A stretch of 51,652 bases of DNA from Opitutus sp. GAS368. GTDB taxonomy: Bacteria; Verrucomicrobiota; Verrucomicrobiia; Opitutales; Opitutaceae. The translations under genes were made by a program, and so were the position numbers. The notes under the pieces were generated by a model, which was not told the origin of the DNA, ran no database searches, and saw nothing but the letters and a program-made list of their open reading frames with translations. Within the stretch, counting starts at the first letter, position 1. Every line of letters begins with the position of its first letter. The stretch is taken from assembly GCA_945861645.1 (NCBI GenBank), contig CAMAVZ010000014.1, positions 1 through 51,652 on the forward strand. The letters run 5' to 3'. Shown here piece by piece: positions 1 through 9,555 of the stretch.

Positions 1-843
1 GGCCGTTTCTCCGCCGTGGGAGAAGGCATGGCCGGCGGGTAGGTGAAGCAGAGCGTCATCGATTTTCTCCAACCGCCAATGCGTCTCCAGCGAAAGCCAG
101 CCCGCATAACCGATGGTCCGCAGCGCTTCGAGATGAGCGCGCCAGTCTACTTGGCCAAGCCCCACGGGAGTGCCGGTGGCGATGAGTTCAGTCGGCTTGG
201 GCGCAGCCAGCCGGCGGGCATCTTTGACATGGAGATGGAGCAAGCGCGATGCGAGTAGGTGCAAATCCGCCGGGGAGGGGGCCGCGGCGCCGGGCACGTA
301 GAGCACATTGCACGGATCCCAGATGGCGCCCATGCGTTCGGCGGGCAGCGGCGCTAGGATGGCCGCGGTTTCGGCGGCGGTGGCGGCTAAGCAGGAGTGT
401 TCGTTTTCTACGCCTAGCCGAACCCCCGCTCCGTTGGCGAGGTCGAGAAGTCCGTTGAGGTGCTCGCTGACGCGGCGTTGTTTGTCGGGTGCCGTTGCGT
501 TGGGCGTGCGCAAAAAAGTAAACACCCGTAGCAAGTCGCAGTTGAGGGTATGGGCAATTTCGAGACTGCGTTTAAATATTTCCCGATGCGCCGCGATGGC
601 CGTGGCGTCCTCGAGGTCGCATTTGAAGACGGGCGTGGCACAGCCCACAACACGCCAACCTTCGGCCTGCGCGGTAGTCGCGACCGCCGCGACATCAGCC
701 GACGTGAGATCTTTGAAGGCGCGGCCATTAAGACTGCGTAGCTCGAGGCCATTGATTTTAAACTCCCGCAGGAAGGCGGTGATGATGGGCAACTCCTGCG
801 ACACTTCGTCAGAAATAACACTGATGGACTGGGGAAATTTCAT
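1..843 (-). CDS. Sugar phosphate isomerase/epimerase, xylose-isomerase-like TIM barrel (AP endonuclease family 2); 3' end runs off the window
   Basis: Absent from the ORF track because it has no stop in the window. Manual translation from the ATG at 843: MKFPQSISVISDEVSQELPIITAFLREFKINGLELRSLNG...PVFKCDL...LLRVFTF...; same frame ends ...LHLPAGHAFSHGGETA at base 1. ISDE, ELR and RVF motifs are typical of the family. Confidence 0.8.
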   Translation of the reverse strand, partial: MKFPQSISVISDEVSQELPIITAFLREFKINGLELRSLNGRAFKDLTSADVAAVATTAQAEGWRVVGCATPVFKCDLEDATAIAAHREIFKRSLEIAHTLNCDLLRVFTFLRTPNATAPDKQRRVSEHLNGLLDLANGAGVRLGVENEHSCLAATAAETAAILAPLPAERMGAIWDPCNVLYVPGAAAPSPADLHLLASRLLHLHVKDARRLAAPKPTELIATGTPVGLGQVDWRAHLEALRTIGYAGWLSLETHWRLEKIDDALLHLPAGHAFSHGGETA

Positions 844-865
844 GGCGACGAGGGCTTGGGCCAAA

Positions 866-1849
866 TTATTTCGCGGCTTGATAGCCGGCTTGCTGCAGAA
901 TTTCGGCAATCGTTACGGGCGTGCCCCCGCGGCGTTTGCTTTCATCAGCGGCTTCCATGAAGGCCAGCAACTCGAGGGTGGTCTCGGGAGGGACGGGCGA
1001 AATGCCGGTCTGGAAAAATTTCATAATCTCAACCGTGAGCCCGTGGTAACTATGTTTATCCCCAACGGTGGTGACGCCTTTGGTGCCGACGACGGTCACG
1101 CCATAGCCTTTGTATCCTTTGCGGTTCCCTTGAGCGATGCCGATGCGACCATCGGACCAAATGCCAGTGATGAGGTCCGTGTTAGCGGTGTGGGTGCGGA
1201 CTACCTGCGTGCAACCTGGTCCGAGGACGGTGTAGAGCGCTTCGACGCAGTGAATACCGTACCAAAAAAAATCGGTATGATGGGGCTCGAATTCCGCTGG
1301 TCCCACCGAATAGGCCGAGGTGATATCCCCGATCAGCGCGAGTTTTGGGGCGTAGGGTTCGGGCGCATAGCGGAGTGAAGAGGAGCTAAAAACCGGTGCG
1401 CCCGCGGCGCGAGCGAGGCGCATGATTTCGACGGCATCTTTAAGCGAGTTTGAGAAAGGTTTGTCGATAAAGATGGGTTTCTTGGCCGCTAGGGCGCGGC
1501 GAAATTGGTCAAGGTGCGGGCGACCGTCGAGACTCTCGATCAAGATGGCGTCGACGTTGCGGGAGAGTTCTTCGATGGTGTCGTAAATTTTAACCCCGTA
1601 GGTTTCGACTAATTGTTTAGTGTAGCCCTCGACGCGGGAGGCACTGGCTTCGATGTCAGGGCTACCCCCTTTGAAAGCGGCGACAACGCGCCCGCCGGGG
1701 ACGTGGCCGGGATCCTTGGGGTTGTTAAAGGTTTTGGTAAACGCCGGCACGTGCGAGGTGTCGAGGCCGATGATCCCGAGACGCAGCGGCTCCGCGCCGC
1801 GGAGGGTCAGGAAGGATATAAAAACAAGGAGGAGGATGGAGCGAAGCAT
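866..1849 (-). CDS. Gfo/Idh/MocA family oxidoreductase with N-terminal signal peptide
   Basis: LRLGIIGLDTSH Rossmann start, IFIDKP motif, FWYGIH; hydrophobic leader MLRSILLLVFISFLTLRG. Confidence 0.88.
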   Translation of the reverse strand: MLRSILLLVFISFLTLRGAEPLRLGIIGLDTSHVPAFTKTFNNPKDPGHVPGGRVVAAFKGGSPDIEASASRVEGYTKQLVETYGVKIYDTIEELSRNVDAILIESLDGRPHLDQFRRALAAKKPIFIDKPFSNSLKDAVEIMRLARAAGAPVFSSSSLRYAPEPYAPKLALIGDITSAYSVGPAEFEPHHTDFFWYGIHCVEALYTVLGPGCTQVVRTHTANTDLITGIWSDGRIGIAQGNRKGYKGYGVTVVGTKGVTTVGDKHSYHGLTVEIMKFFQTGISPVPPETTLELLAFMEAADESKRRGGTPVTIAEILQQAGYQAAK

Positions 1850-1863
1850 GGGTGGGGTGGGGT

Positions 1864-2655
1864 TTAACTAGAAAGCAGGTTGGCGGCGGCGCTGTCGAGG
1901 TAGAGTATCGCGGCGGGATGCTGGCGGAGAATTGACGCGGGGCACGCGGTGGTGATCGGGCCTTCGACGGTGGCCAGCACCGCGGCGGCTTTACGCGGAC
2001 CAGGCACCTGAATACTCAAGCGCAGTGCTTGGCGAAAGACGGGAATCGTGAGGGTGAACGCGTGACGCGGTACCGCGGCGAGCGAGGGGAAACAGCCGTC
2101 ATTCACTTGTTGCTGGCGGCAGGCGAGATCGAGTTCGACGACTTTCACCAGCAGAGGATCGTCAAAATCTGCCACCGGGGGATCATTGAAGGCGATGTGG
2201 CCATTTTCGCCAATGCCCATACAGATCAGATCAATCGGCTGGGCGCGTAGCAGGGCCGTGTAGCGCGCGGCGACCGCGATGGCATCGGATTCCTCCGCCG
2301 GGAGCGGATGGAAACAACCGATTTTGACCTGACGCAGTAAGTGCTCGTGAAGATAGGAGCGAAAACTTTGAGGGTGGGTTCCGCTCAAGCCGACATAATC
2401 GTCCATGTGAAACGCGGTAATCTTTGACCACTCGAGTGTGTGTCCGCATTGGGCGGGATCAATGAGGGCCGCTAAAAATTCATTCTGCGATGGCGCGCAG
2501 GCAAAAATAACCCGCGCGGTACCTTGCTGGGCTATGACCGCTTGTAAATGCGCCGCTACGGCACGAGCTGCTGCGCGACCAAGGGCGCCGCGATCTGGAT
2601 GCACTTCGACGGCCAAGGAACCGGCAGTGAAATGGTGAGGAGTGATGATCGGCAA
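1864..2655 (-). CDS. nagB: Glucosamine-6-phosphate deaminase-like protein (NagB/6-phosphogluconolactonase family)
   Basis: FHMDDYVG, GIGENGHIAFNDP, CPASIL motifs; adjacent to nagA; TTG start. Confidence 0.82.
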   Translation of the reverse strand: MPIITPHHFTAGSLAVEVHPDRGALGRAAARAVAAHLQAVIAQQGTARVIFACAPSQNEFLAALIDPAQCGHTLEWSKITAFHMDDYVGLSGTHPQSFRSYLHEHLLRQVKIGCFHPLPAEESDAIAVAARYTALLRAQPIDLICMGIGENGHIAFNDPPVADFDDPLLVKVVELDLACRQQQVNDGCFPSLAAVPRHAFTLTIPVFRQALRLSIQVPGPRKAAAVLATVEGPITTACPASILRQHPAAILYLDSAAANLLSS

Positions 2656-2666
2656 GAGAGGAAAGA

Positions 2667-3596
2667 TTAAAGAGCCGGAAGCGTGATCCCAAAAGCGGTG
2701 GCCGGGGCGGTGGACCAGAAATTACGCGCGGCTTCGAGCGTTAGGTTGAGCCAATCAGCGATGTGGCGCACGCCGACATCGGGGGTTAGCGTGGAGCCTG
2801 CAAAATTTTTCTCGCCGGGCTGCCGCGCCACACCATCCGCGCCAACGGCAATAAGGTGCGGTCCGATGGTGTAGCGACCGGGTGGGGCGCCCGCGCCCGC
2901 CATGGCATCAGTCGTGAAGAGGACGCGACTGGTAGGTTTGGCGCGGACAAAATTCTTGAGCACCCCTTTGGGCAAATGAATCCCGTCGGGAATGAAGCAG
3001 GCGGTGAGCTCGTCTCGAGCGAGAAGGCGTTGGACGATGTTGTCATGACGCGGCAGTTCGAGCGGACAGCCGTTGCCGAGGTGCGTGCAGAAACGGGCGC
3101 CAGCGCGAATAGCCGCGTCGATCTCGGCCTCGCTCGCGTTGGTGTGGCCAAGGGAGACGTGCACGCCTTGTCGTGTGACCGCAGCGATAAATTCAGCACT
3201 GCCTGGCCACTCGGGAGCGAGGGTGATGAGGCGGAGGCGGCCTTGAGCCGCAGCTTGGAGTCGCTCGTAATCTGCAAAGGTAGGTGCCCGCATGGGTCCC
3301 GCAGGATGGGCTCCGCGATAGCCGGGGGTGGGACTGAGCCAGGGCCCCTCGAGGTGATAACCTAAAATTGTGGCGCCGGCCGACGGCACGGTGGTGCACA
3401 ATTTTTCTAGAGCGGCAAAGCGGCGGCACAGTGCATCGACTTCATCGGTGATGAGCGTAGCAAAAATCCCGGAGGTGCCGTGGCGACGCAGTGCGGCGAC
3501 GGCGTGCGTAAATTCTGTCGAGGTGAGGTCGTTGCGTTGAAAATCAACTCCGCCAAAACCATTAACTTGGAAATCGAAAAGCCCAGCTGCGTTCAT
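2667..3596 (-). CDS. nagA: N-acetylglucosamine-6-phosphate deacetylase
   Basis: GLFDFQVNGFGG, HLEGPW, GAH, TLAPE, SLGH, THLGNG, DGIH, TDAM, AGS motifs. Start moved to the ATG at 3596, which overlaps the upstream stop (ATGA). Confidence 0.9.
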   Translation of the reverse strand: MNAAGLFDFQVNGFGGVDFQRNDLTSTEFTHAVAALRRHGTSGIFATLITDEVDALCRRFAALEKLCTTVPSAGATILGYHLEGPWLSPTPGYRGAHPAGPMRAPTFADYERLQAAAQGRLRLITLAPEWPGSAEFIAAVTRQGVHVSLGHTNASEAEIDAAIRAGARFCTHLGNGCPLELPRHDNIVQRLLARDELTACFIPDGIHLPKGVLKNFVRAKPTSRVLFTTDAMAGAGAPPGRYTIGPHLIAVGADGVARQPGEKNFAGSTLTPDVGVRHIADWLNLTLEAARNFWSTAPATAFGITLPAL

Positions 3597-6163
3597 TTGA
3601 TCAGGTTGAGTTCTTCTTGGCTCCACGCATCGCTATGCTGTTTGGTCGCCGTGCGAATCGCTGTGACCTGGGCGGGATCGACGGGCGAAGCGTCGTGGCC
3701 CCACTCGCGGCGGATGTAGGTAAGAATTGAGGCAATCTGGTTGTCGTCGAGATACCCTTGGGCGGGCATTTCACCAGCGTGGATGCGATTGGCGACCTTG
3801 ATGGGACCGCGAACGCCGTGCAGAACGATGCGCACGGCGCGTTCAGGGGAGCCGAGAGCCCATTCGGAATCAAGCAACGGGGGGGCGAGTCCGTCGAGAC
3901 CACGTCCATTGGTTTGGTGGCACAAAGCGCACACGGCGGTGAATAAAATTTTTCCAGCCGCAAAACGCTGTTGCTGTTCTTCAGTGAGCGCGGGCACGGC
4001 GGCGACATCGGCCAAACCGGTTTTTCCAGGCCAGACCACGATCGCCTTTAGTTTATCAAGCGCGACGGCGAGTGCGGGATTTTTTGTGAGGAGGTTCCAA
4101 CCCGCGGGCTCATGGGTAAAAGCCAGCGGTCGACGAGAGCCGTTGACCCCAGCGATCATACCGTTGAGCAACGCTACGACGCGAGCGCTGCTGGGCGATT
4201 CGGCAGCCGTGAGAGCAAGGAGGCGCTCGATTCGCGTGGTTTCGCGCGAAGCAAAGATGCCATTGGCCAGACCAGCCAGCAGGGAGTTCGCAGGGACATC
4301 GTCGGGGAACCACGCAGGATTTGCGATGAGTCGCTCAAGCAACGGCAGTTCGCGCTCACCGACGCCGCTCAGGAAGGCTTCGCGTAAATAGGTGTTCTGC
4401 GGATGAGTGCGGACGATATCCGCGAGCGCTAGGTCAGTCGAAAGTTCGCCGTGTTCGCCCAGCGACAGCACGGCCTGCAACTGGACTTCGGCCGAGGCAG
4501 CGGAGGCCAGCGGTAAAAGTTGGGCCACGAGTTCGGCGCGGCCGCGCGGATCTTTTAAAAAGCGTTCGCTGAGACGAATGGCGGAGGCACGGACGATCGG
4601 ATCAAGATCAGTCAACGCGTGCACGACACTCGCGCGATCCAGTGCGCCCATGCCGTCGAGGGTCCAGAGAGCTTGCATCCGACCAAGTGGTTGCGGACTG
4701 GTGAGGATCAGCTGACGGATCGAGGGCGCGAGGGTTGCGTCGCGGCCTTCCACGAGGAGCCGTTGAGCTGTTTCGCGCCACCAAGAGTTGGGATGCGCGA
4801 GCCGCTCGACCCATTGCGCGGAGGTCAGCGTGGGGAATGGGGCAAGCCGTGGGGTAGGGCGATCGCTGGGGACGAGGCGGTAAATACGACCGAGATGTTG
4901 GGGGTCAGCCAGGTGACGAGATTCGCTTTGTTGGCGCAGGTAACTGGTCAGAGAAATTCGGTGCTGAATGACGCCGCGGTAAAAATCGATGAAGTAAAGT
5001 GCCCCATCTGGACCGGTGGTGAAACCAACGGGACGAAAACGCTCGTCGGTGGAAGCGATGAATTCCTGTTGTTGATACGCGTTACGGCCGATGAGCGTGC
5101 CTTGGCCGGCGGTAAGAATAGTGCGGCGGACAAGATTGCCGGCCGGTTCAGCGACAAAAACGTTGCCATAAAATTCTGGCATGAGGTCGCCGCGATACAC
5201 CCAGGGTGAGTTAGCCGCGGTAAATTCCTTGAGCTTGCCGTCGCGCAGAAAATCAGGGCGATAGCCGCGGTTGATGCCGGGGTTGACGCGAATGGGCCAG
5301 ACGAAGAAATTTTCAGCCGCATTGACATTGGTCCCGGCGAGGTAACGAAGGTTGGGGTTACGTTGGAGATAATCCGAGGGGATGATATCGACGCGTAGCG
5401 GGTCGCTGTTGGAGCCATGGAAGAGGTGGCCGAAGTTATCCTGACTGAGTCCCCATTGGCCGCGAAAGAAGGTGCTGGCGGTTTCCCAGGTGCCATTGTT
5501 GTAGCGGAATTTTTTTGTGTAGGCCGCGCTGTAAATCCAGTTGTCCTGCGCCCAGAGCAAGTTGTTGGGGGCGCGCTCGGGATTGGCGAGGAAAGGTCGC
5601 TTGGGATCAACTTTTACGCCGTAGTCGGTGGCGACGACGGTCTTTTGGTCTGCTTTGCCATCGCCGTTGGTATCGCGCCAGAAGGCGAGTTCGGGCGGAG
5701 CGCCGACCAACACCCCATCGCCGACGAGGGTGATGGCGCGCGGTAGCACGAGGTTATCGACGAAGACCTGCGAGTCATCGTAGCGGCCGTCGCCATCACG
5801 ATCGGTCAGAACCACGACGCGACCGACGGGGGCGTCTTCGCCGTTGCCATCCAGGTCGGGCATGTAACCGCGCATCTCGACGACCCACATGCGACCATCG
5901 GGCCCGAAGGTCATGGCCACCGGATCTTGCACGAGGGGTTCGGCGGCGGCGATTTCCAGTTTAAACCCAGGCATGAGCGTGAAGGCCTGGAGCGCCTCTT
6001 CGGGCGTTAGGGCGGGAGCTGCTGGAATTTGATCGGCTGGTACGATTGGTACCTGCGGGGCGCCGAGTTTATCGGCGTTATCGCCGATCTGGGCGCGAGC
6101 CAGCGATGCGCTGGCAAAAATAACGAGCAGAAGGAAAATGAGCGAGCGAGGCAGCGAGATCAT
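3593..6163 (-). CDS. PVC-type heme-binding CxxCH protein (signal peptide, glucose/sorbosone-dehydrogenase-like propeller, HEAT-like repeats, C-terminal cytochrome c)
   Basis: GFKLEIAAAEPLVQDPVAMTFGPDGRMWVVEM, DRDGDG, STDERFRPV, GPDGALY, GRIYRL, HPNSWWRETAQRLL, CALCH and a distal Met (MPAQG). Confidence 0.88.
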   Translation of the reverse strand: MISLPRSLIFLLLVIFASASLARAQIGDNADKLGAPQVPIVPADQIPAAPALTPEEALQAFTLMPGFKLEIAAAEPLVQDPVAMTFGPDGRMWVVEMRGYMPDLDGNGEDAPVGRVVVLTDRDGDGRYDDSQVFVDNLVLPRAITLVGDGVLVGAPPELAFWRDTNGDGKADQKTVVATDYGVKVDPKRPFLANPERAPNNLLWAQDNWIYSAAYTKKFRYNNGTWETASTFFRGQWGLSQDNFGHLFHGSNSDPLRVDIIPSDYLQRNPNLRYLAGTNVNAAENFFVWPIRVNPGINRGYRPDFLRDGKLKEFTAANSPWVYRGDLMPEFYGNVFVAEPAGNLVRRTILTAGQGTLIGRNAYQQQEFIASTDERFRPVGFTTGPDGALYFIDFYRGVIQHRISLTSYLRQQSESRHLADPQHLGRIYRLVPSDRPTPRLAPFPTLTSAQWVERLAHPNSWWRETAQRLLVEGRDATLAPSIRQLILTSPQPLGRMQALWTLDGMGALDRASVVHALTDLDPIVRASAIRLSERFLKDPRGRAELVAQLLPLASAASAEVQLQAVLSLGEHGELSTDLALADIVRTHPQNTYLREAFLSGVGERELPLLERLIANPAWFPDDVPANSLLAGLANGIFASRETTRIERLLALTAAESPSSARVVALLNGMIAGVNGSRRPLAFTHEPAGWNLLTKNPALAVALDKLKAIVVWPGKTGLADVAAVPALTEEQQQRFAAGKILFTAVCALCHQTNGRGLDGLAPPLLDSEWALGSPERAVRIVLHGVRGPIKVANRIHAGEMPAQGYLDDNQIASILTYIRREWGHDASPVDPAQVTAIRTATKQHSDAWSQEELNLIK

Positions 6164-6227
6164 GCAGCAGACAAAAAGCGCGGTTGGGTGGGTAGGGGGC
6201 GAGGCCGTTTGGCTCCACGAACTAGAA

Positions 6228-6255
6228 ATATTTTGAGTGCTGAATAATTAGTCAA
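6228..6255 (-). promoter_or_regulatory. Putative sigma70-type promoter of the heme-c/nagA/nagB operon, overlapped by an AT-rich operator-like site
   Basis: Minus strand TTGACT-16 nt-AAATAT in an AT-rich patch about 65 nt upstream of the ATG at 6163. Confidence 0.45.
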
Positions 6256-6534
6256 GTCTGAGCCCCTGAGTCCCGCCGAGGACACGCTGACCCAAGAACG
6301 CCTAGCCCCCCAAAATGAGTACTACCACCAGCGCTAGCGGCAGCGTAATTGAGCGAAGTAACCTTCGCTACTAACGGTGGCGCGGGGGCCAATAATCGGA
6401 AGAATAGTACAGCAGCGAAATCTAAAAGCTGCCGTTGCCATTAAACTTGCGGGCTGGGGCTGGTGGGCGGGTATCAGCTTGCGGGACAGCCGCCAGCGGA
6501 CTTGCCACGGAGCCGCGTTTCGCTCTCTTGCTTA

Positions 6535-7431
6535 ATGATGATTATACGCTGCCTTCTCGTGCTCAGTTCGGTCTTAGCATCTTTTGCGGTCGAGGGCACC
6601 CCGCTCGCGCCGACTCGGGCTGATGTGCCTTACGCTGGCACGACTGATTTTCGTCAGACCCTCAATATTTACGCTCCCGCTAAAAAATCAGCGACCCCCG
6701 CCGCGGTGATTTTCTGGATTCACGGTGGCGGTTGGCAAGGGGGTGAGAAAATCAAGGTCCAGTTGAAGCCCGCTTTCTTTACCGCGCAGGGCTATGTGTT
6801 CGTCTCCACCAATCACCGTTACATCAAAGTCGTTCCGATGAATGAAATTCTGGCCGACATCGCACAGGCGCTCCGCTGGACGCATGATCACGCGGTCGAA
6901 TTCGGCGGCGATCCCAACCGCATCATTATCATGGGGCATTCCTCCGGCGCTCAGCTCGCCGCGCTTACGGCCATCGATGATCGTTATATTAAGGGGGTGG
7001 GGTTGTCGTTAAAGATGTTCAAGGGGTGCATCCCCGTTGATGCCGACACGTTCGATCTTCCGCTGATCATCGCCACGGCTACCGCTAAGCGCCAAGCCGC
7101 GGGTAAACCCGAGCCCACTTACGGCCACCGCGAAAAATTTGGCGGCCGGCCGGAGCGCTGGGCGGACTACTCTTCCACCAATCATGTGGCGTCAGGCAAA
7201 GGTATCCCGCCATTTCTGATTCTGCATGTTGCCACCACGCCGGAAACGACCGCTCAGGCCAAGCGCCTCGAAGCGGTGCTCCGCGCGAGTGACCTCAGCG
7301 TCAAGGTTTACGGCGCACTCGATTCGACGCACGAGAAAATTAATCAGGGCATTGGCTTGGCCGACGACCCGACGACCACCGAAATTAAAAGATTCCTAGA
7401 GCTGGCACTGGAGCAAACGGCCAAGCCCTAG
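6535..7431 (+). CDS. Secreted alpha/beta hydrolase (HSL-like carboxylesterase)
   Basis: IHGGGW oxyanion motif, GHSSG nucleophile elbow, C-terminal His (STHEKIN); signal peptide begins at the ATG at 6535. Confidence 0.85.
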   Translation: MMIIRCLLVLSSVLASFAVEGTPLAPTRADVPYAGTTDFRQTLNIYAPAKKSATPAAVIFWIHGGGWQGGEKIKVQLKPAFFTAQGYVFVSTNHRYIKVVPMNEILADIAQALRWTHDHAVEFGGDPNRIIIMGHSSGAQLAALTAIDDRYIKGVGLSLKMFKGCIPVDADTFDLPLIIATATAKRQAAGKPEPTYGHREKFGGRPERWADYSSTNHVASGKGIPPFLILHVATTPETTAQAKRLEAVLRASDLSVKVYGALDSTHEKINQGIGLADDPTTTEIKRFLELALEQTAKP

Positions 7432-7500
7432 GCGAGAGCCGCTGGGCTGGAATTAATGGTGGCGGGCGGAATTTTATCTACCGCTTTTTGTCGCCCCGGA

Positions 7501-8775
7501 TTATTCCGGCAGTGCTTTACCTTTAGTTTCGGGGGCGAGCCAGATTAGGCCAAGGCCAGCGATGTAAATGAGGGTGATGATGGCGCCGGCTTTGGCGTAG
7601 CTGCCGTCAAAACTCTGCATCAGCGAACCCATTTGCAGTGCACCCAAGGCGGCGAGAATGCGGCCAGCGTTGAAGGAAAGGCCTTGGCCCGTGGCGCGCA
7701 CGCGGGTGGGAAATAATTCCGGGAGATACAGTGGCAGCCACCCATAGAAAGCTGCGGTAAGGGCTCCGACGATAAAGGTCATCACGAGGAAAGGCGGGCC
7801 GTAAGCATCGATCCCACGGAAAAGAATGGCGCAGCTAATTAAGGAGCCGAGGCACAGAAGAAAATAGGCCAAGCGGCGAGTAATAAAGCGGCCGATGTAA
7901 GCACCGAGCATACAACCAAACACCGCGCCGATCCCCGCGCTCATGCCGGTCCAGCCTTTGGCGGTGGGGTCGGCCACGCCGGCCATCTTATCGGCCCAGA
8001 GCGGCAGCCATTGCACCGAACCCCATGTGCCGATGAGCGCAACCGAGGACAGCGCGGTAGCGATCAGGGTAGTTTTTAAGAGCTTGGGCCCAAAAATTTC
8101 CTGCAACGGCTTGATCTTCGTAGGGCTAGCTTTCACCGCCGCCTGCCATTTTTCTGACTCGGGAATGAAGAGGCGAACAATGAAAGTAAGCAACGCGGGA
8201 GCGGCGCCGATCAACGCCACCCAGCGCCAGGAATCGATCGTCACTTTGAAAAAGATCGCGATGACGGCAATCAAAGCAAAGCCGACGTTTGCGGCGGCCC
8301 CAATAATGCCGGCCATAAGGGGACGGTGTTTCTCGGGCCAGATTTCCATCACTAAGGCAATGCCGAGCGACCACTCGCCACCCATGCCAAGGGCGGCAAC
8401 GAAGCGCGAGGCGCATAAATGCCAAGGCTCACTCGCGAAATAAATGAGCCCCGTGAACACGGAATAAACAAAAATGCTTGCGGCCATCGCTCGGACGCGG
8501 CCGATTTTGTCGCCGAGCCAACCAAACACCACGCCGCCGCCCGCGGCGCCGATTAAGAAGGCCGCCGTCGCGTAGCCCATCCACTGGGCGACAAACGAAT
8601 CACTTAACGTCAGCCCCTGCGCCTGTTGCATCTGCAATAAAGCCGGTCGGGCGATCAAGGGGAATAAGCCCATTTCCATGCCGTCGAACATCCAGCCGAG
8701 GAACGCGGCGAGCAGGACGGAGTAGAGTCGCAGTTTATTGGGTGAATTGAGGTCGGCCGGGGCGGGGGAATTCAT
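7501..8775 (-). CDS. MFS transporter (sugar/organic-acid, SHS-like)
   Basis: GWMFDGME, GWLGDKIGRVR (MFS motif A), GMGGEW, ELFPTRVRATGQG, about 12 hydrophobic segments. Start set at MNSPAP. Confidence 0.9.
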   Translation of the reverse strand: MNSPAPADLNSPNKLRLYSVLLAAFLGWMFDGMEMGLFPLIARPALLQMQQAQGLTLSDSFVAQWMGYATAAFLIGAAGGGVVFGWLGDKIGRVRAMAASIFVYSVFTGLIYFASEPWHLCASRFVAALGMGGEWSLGIALVMEIWPEKHRPLMAGIIGAAANVGFALIAVIAIFFKVTIDSWRWVALIGAAPALLTFIVRLFIPESEKWQAAVKASPTKIKPLQEIFGPKLLKTTLIATALSSVALIGTWGSVQWLPLWADKMAGVADPTAKGWTGMSAGIGAVFGCMLGAYIGRFITRRLAYFLLCLGSLISCAILFRGIDAYGPPFLVMTFIVGALTAAFYGWLPLYLPELFPTRVRATGQGLSFNAGRILAALGALQMGSLMQSFDGSYAKAGAIITLIYIAGLGLIWLAPETKGKALPE

Positions 8776-8908
8776 GCGCGATAGTCGGAAACTCGGAGCG
8801 AGCTCCGATGGGTTGTAGGGTGGGGCCTGCCAGCAGGCACTGAATGGATAAACTGATAGACCACTGCGCGAATCGCTGGCAAGCAAGCTTCGCCAAATCG
8901 ACCATAAT

Positions 8909-9547
8909 TTAATTACCGGCGGTCGACCGCGTTGTAATTCTATTATGCCGCGCGGCCATCGCCCAAGCGACCAGGGCATACGCCGCGCTCGCCACATGGG
9001 CGCTTGTTGCTACCTGAATGCTGGGATCATCAAACTGAATCATGCCGCCGCCGCGGCCGCCTTGAATGATTTCAAAAATAATTTCCCCCACATAAATGAC
9101 GAGCACGCCGGGCCAGAACCAATCCGACCATTGCCGCTGCCAACCTTGGGCGGCCCAATAAAGCAGGAGACCGAGATTGACCGCACTGAGGCCGCCGTAT
9201 CGCGCCATGCTGGAATCAAACCCATAGATGATCGCGGAAATAAAAGCGGGCATCAGCAGGAGCGCCCAGTGACTGAAACGGGCATGGCGAGCTTCGAGGA
9301 GACCGCCCATGATCATAAACAGCCCCGCGTCGGCCAAAAAATGCGGCCAGCCAAAATGGATGAGATGACCGGTCCAGATGCGCCAATATTGACCACTGAG
9401 AAGCAGGGAGCGGTCATAGATCAGCCCATCACGCCAACTCGGATTAAATTGAATGATTAGGGTCGCCAGTCCTGCGCCCATAAACAGCCAAGGCAATTTT
9501 CCGGGATAAAGTTGGCAGAGCGAGCGCAGCGACCGGAGGATAGACAT
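8909..9547 (-). CDS. Rhombosortase-like rhomboid intramembrane serine protease
   Basis: YDR...GQYWRIWTGHLIHFGWPH, catalytic YGGLSA and SAH, multiple TM segments; directly downstream of a GlyGly-CTERM protein. Confidence 0.8.
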   Translation of the reverse strand: MSILRSLRSLCQLYPGKLPWLFMGAGLATLIIQFNPSWRDGLIYDRSLLLSGQYWRIWTGHLIHFGWPHFLADAGLFMIMGGLLEARHARFSHWALLLMPAFISAIIYGFDSSMARYGGLSAVNLGLLLYWAAQGWQRQWSDWFWPGVLVIYVGEIIFEIIQGGRGGGMIQFDDPSIQVATSAHVASAAYALVAWAMAARHNRITTRSTAGN

Positions 9548-9555
9548 GACGCTGA

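Noticed and set aside
308-1378. 356-aa plus-strand ORF
   Set aside because: Antisense shadow of the TIM-barrel and Gfo/Idh/MocA genes, with no recognisable motifs. The same applies to the many other short overlapping ORFs in the track.
8793-8838. Two short palindromes (TCGGAGC-GA-GCTCCGA and GCCTGC-CA-GCAGGC) between the rhomboid and MFS genes
   Set aside because: Short GC-rich stems with 2-nt loops and no U-tract; function cannot be supported.
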